This document shows positions 9,107 to 19,858 of a stretch of DNA of 64,000 bases, in pieces. Where the stretch lies: NCBI GenBank assembly GCA_002070205.1, contig MWCU01000059.1, forward strand, positions 442 to 64,441, written 5' to 3'. The notes under the pieces were generated by a model. The model saw only the letters and a program-made list of their open reading frames with translations. It did no database searches and had not been told where the DNA came from. The translations under genes were made by a program, and so were the position numbers. The stretch comes from Firmicutes bacterium ADurb.Bin182. Lineage in GTDB: Bacteria > Bacillota > Clostridia > Christensenellales > CAG-138. Each line of letters begins with the position of its first letter. Position 1 is the first letter of the stretch.

Positions 9107-12100
9107 GTGAGCAACAATCCCATATTGTCCGTATTAGGCTGGTCGGGCGAATACCAAAGGCTGAGGGATACAATAAGGGACGGCGAAGGGGCGGCGTCCG
9201 TGTTCGGCGTCGGCGAAGGACACAAAATCCATCTTGCCGCTTCTTTGTCGCGCGAATTCGATTGCATACTCTATGTTGCGGCAAACGAGGCTTCGGCCGT
9301 GCGAGCCGAAGAGCAGCTTCGCGGTTTCGGCGTTGACGCGTCGCATTTTCCTCTGAGGGAGGTCCCCCTGTCCGGAAAGCTGTTCGCGGCTTCTCAGGAG
9401 CTGACTTCGTCAAGGCTTAAGGTTCTGTCGAGGCTTAACGCCGGAAGCGCGGTCGTGACGGCGAGCGCCGAAGCGCTTATGCAAAGGATCGCGCCGCCCG
9501 ATGCGTTTGCCGGGGGCACTATGGTTTTGAATGAGGGAGAGGCCTATGATATAAAAGCTCTGCTTGTCCGCCTGCTGTCCGCGGGATATGAGCGGGTGGA
9601 GCAATGCGAGGGCAGAGGTCAGTTTGCGCTTCGGGGCGGCATATTGGACGTATTCCCCGCGGAATCCGACCTTCCTTACCGCCTTGAGTTTTTTGACGAT
9701 GAAATAGATTCGGTGCGCACATTTGACCCCGTAACACAGCGCTCTGTTGAAAAACAAAACGCGGTCAGGATAATCCCGGCAACCGAACTGCCTCTGACCG
9801 AAATAGCGAGGCAGCGGGGCATTACCGCATTAAAAAAGAAACCCGGGAATATGCAGGAGGAGTTGGAAGCGCTGCAGTCGGGAGCAACGCCTTGCGGACT
9901 GGAGCGGCTGACAGTCCTTTTCTATCCCGAGACCCATACGCTTTTAAGCTGCCTGCCGAAAGGCGCGGTAATCGTTATCGAAGAACCGCAGAGGGTTTAT
10001 GAAAGCGCCGAGACGGCATTCGCCGCTTTTTCCGAAAACGTTGCGGCGCTTCTTGAGGGAGGAGAGGCGCAAGGCTGTGAGGCCGAGCTTTATATTTCTC
10101 CCGCCGATTTTATTAAGGGATTGGAAACCGTACGCACGGTGATGCTGTTCTCACTGACGCGAAGCTTTTCAATGATACGGCCCAAAGCCGTTTTCCGTTT
10201 TGAAGCTCGCGCTGTCGCGAAATATTCGACCGGTATGGAAGCGCTGCATACGGATATCATATCTTGGCTCAGGTCGGGATACACGATTGCGATCTATGCG
10301 GGAAATCACATGGAAAGGCTGCGCGATCAACTCAGCGATTCGGGCCTGGAAGCTGCTGCAACTGAAAAATTAAACAGGGATTTGGTGCAAAAAGAGTTCA
10401 TCATTGTGGGAGAGAGCCTGCCGTTCGGCTTTGAATACCCCGAAATCAAATTGGCCCTGATAACGGAGGCGGAGCTATACGGAAGCGCCAGGCGGAGGAC
10501 GGGGCCATTAAGAAAAAGGCCTCAACTGGTGTTTTCCGATCTGTCCGTCGGCGATCTGGTCGTGCACGAAACGCACGGCATAGGCAGGTTTACGGGCGTT
10601 GAATCCCTGACCGTACAAAATAATACGCGCGATTACCTGCTTCTTCAATATGCGGGAGGGGATAAGCTTTATATTCCGACTGACCAGCTTGACAGGGTCC
10701 AAAAGTATATAGGCGCAACCGACGCCGAACCCAAACTTTCAAAGCTCGGCGGAACCGAATGGCAAAAAGCCGTGTCGCGGACCCGTGAGGGCGTAAAGGC
10801 TCTCGCAATGGACCTCGTGAAGCTGTACGGCGAAAGGCAGCGCATCAAAGGATTTGTGTTTTCTGCGGATACTCCCTGGCAAAGGCGCATGGAGGAGAAT
10901 TTCCCCTATGAGGAAACTCCGGACCAGCTTACGAGCATAGAAGAGGTCAAAAGGGACATGGAAAGCGGCAAGGTGATGGACCGCCTTCTGTGCGGTGACG
11001 TTGGGTACGGGAAAACGGAGGTTGCACTGAGGGCGGCTTTTAAAGCCGTAATGGATTCAAAACAGGTCGCTTTTTTGGTGCCGACGACCATTTTGGCTCA
11101 GCAGCACTATTCGACATTGTGTTCGCGCTTCTCGGGATTTCCCGTTACTGTCGAATTGCTTTCCCGCTTTAAAAACGCTAAGGAGCAGAGCGATATAATA
11201 AAACGCATCGCAAACGGACGGGTGGACGTCGTGGTCGGCACTCACAAACTGCTTTCGTCAAGGGTCAAATTCAAGGACCTCGGGCTGCTTATAGTGGACG
11301 AGGAGCAGAGGTTCGGAGTCGGCCATAAAGAAAAAATCAAAGACATCAGGCGTTCGGTGGATGTTCTGACTTTGACCGCAACTCCCATTCCCCGCACCCT
11401 TCATATGTCCATGACAGGAATACGCGATATGTCCGTTATAGAAACGCCTCCTGAACAGCGTTATCCCGTACAGACGTATGTGGTGGAATATTCAGACGCT
11501 ATAGTAAGGGAAGCGGTGCTTAAAGAGCTTGGAAGGGGCGGCCAGGTTTATATCGTATATAACAGGGTCAGGTCAATAGAGGGATTCGCGTCGAGGATGG
11601 GCGAACTTCTGCCCGAGGCAAGGATAGCTTTTGCTCACGGGCAGATGAACGAGAGGATCCTCGAAAGGACCATGCTGGATTTTCTGAACGGCGCATTCGA
11701 TGTGCTCGTCTGCTCAGCGATAATCGAAAGCGGCATGGATATTCCGAACGTAAACACGATAATTGTGTACGATGCGGACCATTTCGGGTTGTCTCAGCTT
11801 TACCAGCTTCGGGGCAGGGTGGGGCGTTCGACAAGGCTCGGTTACGCGTATCTGACGTTTCGGAGGGATAAAGTTTTGACGGAGACCGCGGAAAAGCGGC
11901 TGACGACTATCCGCGAATTTACTCAGTTTGGTTCAGGATTCAAAATAGCCATGAGAGACCTCGAAATAAGAGGAGCCGGAAATCTTCTGGGCCCCGAGCA
12001 GCACGGCCATATGGCGGAGGTCGGCTATGACTTTTACTGCAAGCTTATGGCGGAGGAGGTCAGCAAGGCAAAGGGCATTGAGGAGCACCCGTCCGTCGAC

Positions 12101-12550
12101 TGCTCAGTGGATATACCCGTCGACGCGCATATTCCGCACAATTATATTTCGGGCGAAAACAGAAGGCTTGAAATGTATAAAAGGATCGCGTCCATATCCA
12201 CAACCGAGGACATGTTCGATGTTCAGGAGGAACTGGAGGACAGGTACGGGGATATTCCCAAAAGCGTGCAGAATCTGATGGATGTAGCCCTTATAAAAGC
12301 AAACGCGGAGCTTGCATATATAACCCAGCTGACCGTTCGCGAAGGGGAGATGCGCTTTACGTTCCACAAAAACGCGAAACTGAACGGAGCAAAACTATTC
12401 GAGCTTTGTTCCGGAATAAAAGGCGCTCATCTTGTAAATGCGGAAAGCACCGTTCTGGCCGTAATAAGGAACAATCGGGATGTCCAGTCGCTGCTCAGCG
12501 AATTGCCACATTTTGTTTACATGCTGATGCATTGCATAGATAAGTATTAA
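9107..12550 (+). CDS. mfd: Transcription-repair coupling factor
   Basis: 1147 aa. Walker A 'GDVGYGKTEVA', 'DEEQRFGV', a CarD/TRCF RNAP-interacting region and a TRG motif region. GTG start. Confidence 0.95.
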   Translation: MSNNPILSVLGWSGEYQRLRDTIRDGEGAASVFGVGEGHKIHLAASLSREFDCILYVAANEASAVRAEEQLRGFGVDASHFPLREVPLSGKLFAASQELTSSRLKVLSRLNAGSAVVTASAEALMQRIAPPDAFAGGTMVLNEGEAYDIKALLVRLLSAGYERVEQCEGRGQFALRGGILDVFPAESDLPYRLEFFDDEIDSVRTFDPVTQRSVEKQNAVRIIPATELPLTEIARQRGITALKKKPGNMQEELEALQSGATPCGLERLTVLFYPETHTLLSCLPKGAVIVIEEPQRVYESAETAFAAFSENVAALLEGGEAQGCEAELYISPADFIKGLETVRTVMLFSLTRSFSMIRPKAVFRFEARAVAKYSTGMEALHTDIISWLRSGYTIAIYAGNHMERLRDQLSDSGLEAAATEKLNRDLVQKEFIIVGESLPFGFEYPEIKLALITEAELYGSARRRTGPLRKRPQLVFSDLSVGDLVVHETHGIGRFTGVESLTVQNNTRDYLLLQYAGGDKLYIPTDQLDRVQKYIGATDAEPKLSKLGGTEWQKAVSRTREGVKALAMDLVKLYGERQRIKGFVFSADTPWQRRMEENFPYEETPDQLTSIEEVKRDMESGKVMDRLLCGDVGYGKTEVALRAAFKAVMDSKQVAFLVPTTILAQQHYSTLCSRFSGFPVTVELLSRFKNAKEQSDIIKRIANGRVDVVVGTHKLLSSRVKFKDLGLLIVDEEQRFGVGHKEKIKDIRRSVDVLTLTATPIPRTLHMSMTGIRDMSVIETPPEQRYPVQTYVVEYSDAIVREAVLKELGRGGQVYIVYNRVRSIEGFASRMGELLPEARIAFAHGQMNERILERTMLDFLNGAFDVLVCSAIIESGMDIPNVNTIIVYDADHFGLSQLYQLRGRVGRSTRLGYAYLTFRRDKVLTETAEKRLTTIREFTQFGSGFKIAMRDLEIRGAGNLLGPEQHGHMAEVGYDFYCKLMAEEVSKAKGIEEHPSVDCSVDIPVDAHIPHNYISGENRRLEMYKRIASISTTEDMFDVQEELEDRYGDIPKSVQNLMDVALIKANAELAYITQLTVREGEMRFTFHKNAKLNGAKLFELCSGIKGAHLVNAESTVLAVIRNNRDVQSLLSELPHFVYMLMHCIDKY

Positions 12551-12611
12551 TGGGTATAATGATAGTTGTTTCTGCATTATGCCCTTATTTGAAATTAACG
12601 GGGAGTACGGT

Positions 12612-13868
12612 ATGAATTTTAGAAAAATAACCGCAGCGGTAATTATTTTAGCGCTTTTAGCATCGGTTTCGGGCTGCGCGAACAATGAAAACGAAGTTCT
12701 CGCGATGGTCAGGGACAAGCCCATTGAACGGTGGTACTATGAGCTTTATGTACAGCAAAAGCTTAATCTGTACCAGCAATACACCGGAGTGGACCTTACA
12801 AGGCCTGAATATGCCGAAGAATTAAAGCAGCATAAAATAAACTGGCTCGAGGACCTTATCGGAGAGGCTGCTTCGCTGTGCAAAGCAGAGGATATGGGCT
12901 TCGGGAACCTCACACCGGAAGAGGAAGCCAAGCTTGACAATAAATACAAAACCGATTATCAGCAGAATGTCGCCGCTTATATGGCAAAATACGGCACGGA
13001 TGAAGCGGCGCGGCGAAAGGCCGAAAACGAATACGACGCCTGGCTGAAGAAAAACAACCTGACGAGTGAGCGCATAATGAAGAATGAGCGGGATCTTTAT
13101 ATAATCAATAAATATTTCGAATCCCTCAGTTCAGGCTCGGAAATAACCGACGAAGAGATAAAGGCGGAATACGATGATCTTCTTTCAACGCAAAAGGCCG
13201 CGTGCGATGAGGACGTCAGCTGGTTCGGCGACAATCCGCAGGTCATTACCGTTTATTATCCGGAAGGATATGTGAATATAAGCCGCCTCATAATACCCTT
13301 CAGGGAAGCGGATTACACGAAACTTACGCAATCGGGCTCCGCCGCGCAGGCCGCCCTCGTTTCCCTGAATAAGGCTGTCGAGGAAGAAGGCAATGATTCC
13401 CCGGCGGCGAAGCGCATGCAGAGGGATTTTGAAAAGGCGATGAGCGCCTATAACAATATGCTCGAAAAAGCCTATGAAAACATCCGTCCGCTCGCCGATA
13501 ACGCGATCTCCATGCTGGATTCGGGCAAATCGCCTGAAAGCATCGCGGAAGAGCTCGGCCAGGGCATAAGCGTGAGCAAAAGCAACGTTTGCGAAAAAAC
13601 GACCTCGCTCAACGGCGAAATGGTGAAAGCCGTGATGGAGCTTGACGCCGTGGGAAAGCATACCGATGTAATAAGGTCGGAGGAAGGGCTGAGCATAGCC
13701 GCTCTTAATGAATTCATACAGGCGCGTACGGTGACCCTGGAGGAAATCTCCGACAAGATCCGGGACAACCTGCTTACAATGCGCGCAATAACCGAATCGA
13801 GGTTATTCAAAATCGATTGCATAAGCGAATATGAAGACGAGATAGTAAGATATCTTGATAAACTGTAG
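12612..13868 (+). CDS. SurA-N/PrsA-like foldase lipoprotein (no clear parvulin signature)
   Basis: Lipobox 'LLASVSGC' after the MNFRK start (GGGGAG RBS). Long helical, acidic chaperone-like body. Position after mfd. Confidence 0.55.
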   Translation: MNFRKITAAVIILALLASVSGCANNENEVLAMVRDKPIERWYYELYVQQKLNLYQQYTGVDLTRPEYAEELKQHKINWLEDLIGEAASLCKAEDMGFGNLTPEEEAKLDNKYKTDYQQNVAAYMAKYGTDEAARRKAENEYDAWLKKNNLTSERIMKNERDLYIINKYFESLSSGSEITDEEIKAEYDDLLSTQKAACDEDVSWFGDNPQVITVYYPEGYVNISRLIIPFREADYTKLTQSGSAAQAALVSLNKAVEEEGNDSPAAKRMQRDFEKAMSAYNNMLEKAYENIRPLADNAISMLDSGKSPESIAEELGQGISVSKSNVCEKTTSLNGEMVKAVMELDAVGKHTDVIRSEEGLSIAALNEFIQARTVTLEEISDKIRDNLLTMRAITESRLFKIDCISEYEDEIVRYLDKL

Positions 13869-13883
13869 GATTGGAGATAAAAA

Positions 13884-15272
13884 ATGAGAAAATTTCGTAT
13901 TGCGGCCGCCCTTGTGCTTATTGCGGGCATGCTGCTCTCGCTGACCGGATGTTCCCTGAAGGGAAAAACCGAACAGTATTCTGATGACGAGGTGATTGCG
14001 AAGGTCGACGATGTCGAAATCACTCTCGGCGAATATAAGGAGATATTCGATATTAGTTTACAAAACTACAAGATGTATGTCGGCTATGATCCTACGCAGA
14101 CGGCCGAAGGCTTGGAATATTTTCAGGACTACATTATGGACATCCTGTTGCGCATGAAAGTCGTGCCGTATCAGGCAAAGAAACAGCTTGGAGAAAAACT
14201 GACGGACGCCCAGCGGGCTGAGCTTGATGAAATGGTCGATGCGGAATTGAAGAGCTGGGATAATTATTATAGGGAAACGGCCCAGGCGGAATACGAGCAG
14301 GACAATACCGTTGACGTCGAAGCCCGCGTCAAAGAGCTTTACGAGGAAGAAGCAGCGCGTGCCGGCACCGATTACGAGGGGCTTATCGAACTCGTTAAAG
14401 AGGGCATAACCAACCAGTATTATGAAGGCCTCCTGAAGGAACATGTTCTTTCCGAACTGAAGGTCAGCGATGAGGACGCGCAAAAATGGTATGATGAAGC
14501 TTTGGCAGAAGATACCGAGTCGTTCAAAGCCGAGCCCGGGCTTTATTTCGATGAGATGAGCAGCTATGAATCCTACGGCGGCTCGCCGGTTACATACGCG
14601 CCCGGCGGATACGGCAGGATAATGCATATTTTTACAGCGCCGGAAACCGATATCGGCGAGGATTATACCACCAAAAAGATAGAAATGGATGAGCTTCTCC
14701 TGGAATACGGCAGGCTTGCGATGGAAAGCGAATACACCAAGGACAGCGCTTCTCCCGTCGACAATTCGGCGAGGCTTGCGGAGATTATGTCCAGATATTA
14801 TGTTTTGAAGGGTGAAAGCGAAGCGCTTTGGAACGAACACTACGCGGAATCCAAAAGCAAAATAGAGGAAGCGTATTCAAAGCTTGAGAGCGGAGCCGAT
14901 TTTGCGGAGGTAATGAAAAAGTATACGCAGGATGAGGATTTCAAGCAGATAGAGGTTTATTCCCAAAAAGGCAAACTTATAAGCTCCGAACACGATAATT
15001 CGTTCTGGTCCGAAGCCGTCATATCCGCATATAAAGCTTTGACTCCGGGCAGCTACAGCCCGATATTCATGGATGAGGACGGGTACCACATCATTTATTT
15101 CGTGGCCGAGGAGCCGGAGGGCTCTGTGCCGTTTAAAGACTTGAAGGACCAAATAGCCGAGCTGCTCCTCGCCGATAAGCAGATCGATGAATGGGAAGCT
15201 CTGATGAGCGAATGGACCAAGGATAAGTCCGTAACGGTCTATTCGGAAAAAATTCGCGGAGTCGGAGCGTAA
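13884..15272 (+). CDS. PpiC/parvulin-type peptidyl-prolyl isomerase lipoprotein (PrsA-like)
   Basis: Lipobox 'LLSLTGC'. C-terminal parvulin-like segment 'ADFAEVMKKYTQDE...SPIFMDEDGYHIIYF'. Confidence 0.7.
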   Translation: MRKFRIAAALVLIAGMLLSLTGCSLKGKTEQYSDDEVIAKVDDVEITLGEYKEIFDISLQNYKMYVGYDPTQTAEGLEYFQDYIMDILLRMKVVPYQAKKQLGEKLTDAQRAELDEMVDAELKSWDNYYRETAQAEYEQDNTVDVEARVKELYEEEAARAGTDYEGLIELVKEGITNQYYEGLLKEHVLSELKVSDEDAQKWYDEALAEDTESFKAEPGLYFDEMSSYESYGGSPVTYAPGGYGRIMHIFTAPETDIGEDYTTKKIEMDELLLEYGRLAMESEYTKDSASPVDNSARLAEIMSRYYVLKGESEALWNEHYAESKSKIEEAYSKLESGADFAEVMKKYTQDEDFKQIEVYSQKGKLISSEHDNSFWSEAVISAYKALTPGSYSPIFMDEDGYHIIYFVAEEPEGSVPFKDLKDQIAELLLADKQIDEWEALMSEWTKDKSVTVYSEKIRGVGA

Positions 15273-15284
15273 GCGCTTATGCGT

Positions 15285-15352
15285 CGAAGAAGTCTGAATA
15301 GACTTCTTCGGCATATTATAAGGAACGGCCTCGCGCCGTTCCTCTTTTATTT
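15285..15352. terminator. Convergent terminator region with two hairpins
   Basis: First hairpin: CGAAGAAGTC-tgaata-GACTTCTTCG. Second hairpin: AGGAACGGC-ctcgc-GCCGTTCCT followed by CTTTTATTT. The second overlaps the tsaD stop codon. Confidence 0.55.
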
Positions 15353-16408
15353 CAGTCCGGGATTTGCATCGGCGTTAAGCTCAAGCCCGTGGAGCCTTCC
15401 GGACATAAGCGCGTAAAAGCCGGCGGAGCCTATCATAGCCGCATTGTCGGTGCAGTATTCAAATTCGGGGCAGCAGAACTTCATTCCTTCACTCTCGGAC
15501 ATTTCGAGCATCGTGCTTCGAAGCAGCTTATTGGCAGAGACCCCGCCCGCAAGGGCTACAAGGGAAACCTTCGACAGCTTTGCGGCTCTGACGGTTTTTG
15601 CGCAAAGCACTTTCACGACGCTCAACTGAAAGGACGCCGCGATATCCGCGAAGTTTACGGTTTCGCCCTTTTGCTTCGCTTTGTGCAAAAGGTTGATAAC
15701 AGCCGTCTTGGGCCCCGAAAAGCTGAAGTCCGGATGATCTCCCGAATTGAACGGCGAATGAAAATCAAACGCGTGCGGATCTCCGCTAAGCGCCAGGCTT
15801 TCCAGTTTCGGTCCGCCGGGGTAGCCGAGGCCGAGCACTCGCGCGACTTTATCGAACGCCTCTCCGGCCGCGTCGTCCCGCGTTTTGCCTAAAAGCTCCA
15901 GATCAAGATAGTCCCTGACGAGCACTATATGGCTGTGTCCCCCGGATACGACGAGGCATACGAACGGCGGCTCCAATCCTGCGCAGGATAAATAGTTTGC
16001 CGCGATATGCCCGTGTATATGATTTATACCGACGAGCGGAAGCTTCCCCGCCAGCGCAAGCCCCTTCGCGTAGCTGACGCCCGTCAAAAGCGCCCCTACA
16101 AGGCCGGGCCCGAACGTTACGGCGACTGCGTCGATGTTTTTAAGCGTTAAGCCCGCTTTTGAGAGCGCTTCGTCCGTTACGGGGCGGATGCGCTCGGTGT
16201 GGCTTCGCGAAGCAAGCTCGGGCACTACGCCTCCGTATTTTTGGTGGATCGGTATCTGTGAATGGATTATATTCGAAATTACGGTTCTGCCGTTTTTTAC
16301 GACCGCCGCGGCGGTTTCGTCGCAGGACGTCTCGATGGCGAGAACGGTCGCGTTCCCGCTTTTTATTATTGAAGCCGCTTTTTCTTTTGCGTATGAGGCG
16401 TAGTCCAT
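15347..16408 (-). CDS. tsaD: tRNA N6-adenosine threonylcarbamoyltransferase
   Basis: 'ILAIETSCDETAAAVV', 'GINHIHGHI', 'SGGVSAN'. The start MDYAS overlaps the upstream stop as TAATG. Confidence 0.9.
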   Translation of the reverse strand: MDYASYAKEKAASIIKSGNATVLAIETSCDETAAAVVKNGRTVISNIIHSQIPIHQKYGGVVPELASRSHTERIRPVTDEALSKAGLTLKNIDAVAVTFGPGLVGALLTGVSYAKGLALAGKLPLVGINHIHGHIAANYLSCAGLEPPFVCLVVSGGHSHIVLVRDYLDLELLGKTRDDAAGEAFDKVARVLGLGYPGGPKLESLALSGDPHAFDFHSPFNSGDHPDFSFSGPKTAVINLLHKAKQKGETVNFADIAASFQLSVVKVLCAKTVRAAKLSKVSLVALAGGVSANKLLRSTMLEMSESEGMKFCCPEFEYCTDNAAMIGSAGFYALMSGRLHGLELNADANPGLK

Positions 16409-17130
16409 TATTTTTTTCTTTTCAGTATCAAGCGGGTGTTGTGCCTGTGTCTGCGAACGGCCAGGCAGAGTATGCTCGAAAGAGCAAGCGCGCTCACCAC
16501 AATCAAAAACCATCCGCCGAACCTTGCTATAATATCAAAAAACAGCTGCTCGGGGCAAATGAGTATCATTCTGTCGACGGAAGGGTCCAGAAGCCAAAGG
16601 TCGTTTGTGAAGAAAATCAGATGAAACCGGGTCCAGAACGAGCCGAAATCGATGAATATCCAAAGCCCGAGCGCCGCCGCAACGGCAAGAAATATTGATC
16701 CGCCCGTCAACAGGCTTTTAGAGAATACGACAGGGGTATCCCGCCGCACGAGCAGCGAGGAAAGAGTCAGCATAAGCGCGGCTGCAAGCACCGAGATGTT
16801 CCGGATCCTTCTAAAGGTCTGATAGAGCGCCCGGACGTCCAGCATATGCGCGCTTTCCCTTTCGTTGAACATCTCGCGCGTTTCGCCTTTGAATTCCACA
16901 TCGATATTTATGTCGGGGACCCGCCCTTCCATATAATCAACGAGCCTCATGACGGAATTCACCATATCTTTAAGCGTCATGCCGATAAGCCTGCCCGTAC
17001 CCAGCTTCTGGTATTCTAAATAGAACCATTCTTCGTCGTTTACGGCGACCTGAAGGCATGTGAACAATATGGCGATGATCAGGAGCAAAGACGAGACGGT
17101 GCTCATAAAATATGCAAATCCGCGTTTCAT
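16408..17130 (-). CDS. Integral membrane protein (TIGR01906/DUF1461-like)
   Basis: Several TM segments and an extracytoplasmic loop 'NDEEWFYLEYQKLG...'. Translationally coupled to tsaD. Family assignment is from memory. Confidence 0.55.
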   Translation of the reverse strand: MKRGFAYFMSTVSSLLLIIAILFTCLQVAVNDEEWFYLEYQKLGTGRLIGMTLKDMVNSVMRLVDYMEGRVPDINIDVEFKGETREMFNERESAHMLDVRALYQTFRRIRNISVLAAALMLTLSSLLVRRDTPVVFSKSLLTGGSIFLAVAAALGLWIFIDFGSFWTRFHLIFFTNDLWLLDPSVDRMILICPEQLFFDIIARFGGWFLIVVSALALSSILCLAVRRHRHNTRLILKRKK

Positions 17131-17353
17131 TTCATATCCTCCTTCATCAATGCGTCCATTATACACCATTTAGCGGGAATGTGAAATCAATGCCATCCGT
17201 TTGCGCCCGGGCGAGTGAAACGGGGAATTGCAGGCAAGAATAATCCCGGCCGCAAAGTTTCTGCCTGCGAACATTTTGCGCACTTTTGCGTAATATGATA
17301 AAATTCTCTCTATGGCTTGCGAAAAATGCAGGAGCATCGAACGGAGAATACAT

Positions 17354-19726
17354 ATGGATTGCAAAGCGTTGATTGATAGGGTAAAGACCGAACTTATCGA
17401 GCGGTATCATATAGATATAAAGGAAGCTTCCGCCGTGCAGCTTCATACTGCGCTCAGCAGCGCCGTCATGGGAGAAATAGCAAACGAGTGGCGAAGCTCA
17501 AGGCGCGCGCGCGAATCCGTGAGAAGAGCTTATTACTTCAGCGCGGAATACCTGATGGGGCGCATGATATTCAACAATCTTTACTGCCTCGGCATTCTCG
17601 ATACCGTTTCGGCGCTTTTAAAGGATCAGGGCGTCGATATCAATGTCTTGGAGGAGATCGAGGACGAAGCCCTGGGCAACGGCGGCCTCGGCAGGCTCGC
17701 GGCCTGCTTTTTGGACAGCGCGGCAACGCACGGTATACCGCTGGACGGGTACGGGCTGAGATACAGATTCGGCCTTTTCAAGCAGACGTTTAAGGACGGA
17801 TATCAGGTAGAAAAAGCGGACGACTGGCAGAGGCAGGGAGATCCGTGGGCAAGGCGCCGCGAGGATAAGGCTGTCGAGGTGGAGTTCGCGGATCAAAAAG
17901 TACTTGCCGTTCCTTATGATATGGCGATACTGGGCTGCAGGTCCCAAGATGTCGGGACGCTCAGGCTTTGGCAGAGCGAGGCGGTTGAAGAGTTTGACTT
18001 TTCGCTTTTTAACAAGCAGGAGTATGACCTTGCCGTGCGCGAAAAAAACTCCGTTGAGGACATCACCCGCGTGCTTTATCCGAATGACAGCACGTACGAA
18101 GGAAAAAGGCTCAGGCTGAAGCAGCAGTATTTTCTCGCAAGCGCGTCGCTCAAGGATATCATAAGGCGCTATAAGAGGGTCAAAGGCGGCGATTTTCTCT
18201 CGTTTGCGGACCATTGCGCAATTCAGCTCAACGATACGCATCCTGTTCTGTCCGTCCCGGAGCTTATAAGGCTTTTGCTCCTCGAGGGGTTGGAATTCGA
18301 AGAGGCTTTTGAAGTTGCGCGGAAGACTTTTTGTTATACGAATCATACCGTCATGGCGGAAGCTCTGGAAACCTGGGACACGGAGCTCATAAAAAGCGTC
18401 GTTCCCGGGATGCTCGATATAATTTACTTGATAAACAAACGGCTGAAAAAGGAACTGGAGGGGCTCGGGCAGGACGCGGAAACCATTTCGCGCATGCTTA
18501 TCGTGAATGATCGCACGGTTTACATGGCAAATCTCGCGGTTTACGCTTCTTCGCGCGTTAACGGAGTATCGAAAATACATACGGGCATACTTAGGTCAAA
18601 CTTGATGCGCGACTGGAACGCGGTGTACCCCGGGCGTTTCCTCAACGTGACAAACGGCATCACGCAAAGGCGCTGGCTGGGCCTTTGCAATCCGGGGTTC
18701 TCGAAGCTCATCACCGGACTCGTCGGCGACGGGTTCCTTCTGGACCTTCAAAAAATGGGGGAGCTTCGGGCATATTCGAATGACGAAAGCGTTATTCGCC
18801 GCTTTAACGCCGTTAAGCTTGAAAACAAGCGAAGGCTTTCGGAATTTATAGGCGATTTGGAAGGCGTAGGCATTCCTCCGCACTTTATTTTTGACGTGCA
18901 GGTCAAGCGGATGCACGAGTACAAACGACAGCTTTTGAACGCGTTTTCAATCATGGACCTGTACTTTGGCATCAAGGACGGCAGGATAAAAGAATTCACG
19001 CCGACAGCTTTCATATTCGGCGCAAAGGCGGCGCCTGGATATATACGGGCCAAAAATATAATCAAATACATCCATGAGGTCGCGCGAAAGATAAACTGCG
19101 ATCCCGATATGCGGGAGCTCATGAAGGTCGTGTTCGTAACGAACTACAACAATTCTTACGCTGAGCGCATAATGCCCGCCGCCGACGTTTCGGAACAGAT
19201 ATCGACCGCGGGAACGGAAGCTTCGGGAACCGGCAATATGAAACTTGTGCTGAACGGCGCAGTGACGCTCGGCACGTACGACGGCGCCAACATCGAGATA
19301 GTCGAGCGGGCGGGCCCTGAAAACAACTACCTGTTCGGCGCCCGCGCGGAGGATATCCAAAGCCTGAGAGCCGTTTATGATCCGAAATCCCTCTATGAGA
19401 GTGAGCCCCGGATAAGGCTTGTTGTGGATACTCTTATCGACGGAACGTTTTCGGACGGAGGCTCGGGCGCTTTCAGAGAGCTTTATTCTTCGCTGCTTAC
19501 GGGCGCGGACTGGCATAGGCCCGACCATTATTTTATACTTTATGATTTTTTGCCGTACATCGAAAAAAAGCTTGCCGTAAACCGCGATTATCGCGACAGG
19601 ATCCGGTTCGGGCAAAAATGCTTTTTAAACGCCGCCGCGGCGGGGAACTTTTCCAGCGACCGCACTGTTCGCGAATACGCGGAGAATATATGGCTGCTCG
19701 GGCGGAGCATCGCGGTTCGGGGATAG
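17354..19726 (+). CDS. glgP: Glycogen/maltodextrin phosphorylase
   Basis: 'EASGTGNMKLVLNGA' is the PLP-lysine motif. 'GNGGLGRLAACFLDS'. Start ATG 17354 follows GGAGA. Confidence 0.9.
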   Translation: MDCKALIDRVKTELIERYHIDIKEASAVQLHTALSSAVMGEIANEWRSSRRARESVRRAYYFSAEYLMGRMIFNNLYCLGILDTVSALLKDQGVDINVLEEIEDEALGNGGLGRLAACFLDSAATHGIPLDGYGLRYRFGLFKQTFKDGYQVEKADDWQRQGDPWARRREDKAVEVEFADQKVLAVPYDMAILGCRSQDVGTLRLWQSEAVEEFDFSLFNKQEYDLAVREKNSVEDITRVLYPNDSTYEGKRLRLKQQYFLASASLKDIIRRYKRVKGGDFLSFADHCAIQLNDTHPVLSVPELIRLLLLEGLEFEEAFEVARKTFCYTNHTVMAEALETWDTELIKSVVPGMLDIIYLINKRLKKELEGLGQDAETISRMLIVNDRTVYMANLAVYASSRVNGVSKIHTGILRSNLMRDWNAVYPGRFLNVTNGITQRRWLGLCNPGFSKLITGLVGDGFLLDLQKMGELRAYSNDESVIRRFNAVKLENKRRLSEFIGDLEGVGIPPHFIFDVQVKRMHEYKRQLLNAFSIMDLYFGIKDGRIKEFTPTAFIFGAKAAPGYIRAKNIIKYIHEVARKINCDPDMRELMKVVFVTNYNNSYAERIMPAADVSEQISTAGTEASGTGNMKLVLNGAVTLGTYDGANIEIVERAGPENNYLFGARAEDIQSLRAVYDPKSLYESEPRIRLVVDTLIDGTFSDGGSGAFRELYSSLLTGADWHRPDHYFILYDFLPYIEKKLAVNRDYRDRIRFGQKCFLNAAAAGNFSSDRTVREYAENIWLLGRSIAVRG

Positions 19727-19858
19727 TGCCGTTCTGATCTGAAATCCGCGTCCGCACGGATTTTACATATTGTTCCATTTGGCGCGCCTCTGCTTTGACA
19801 ACTTTTTCAGCGCTGAGAGTTTATTCTGTTTGTACTACCGGTTAATGGAGTACGGATC

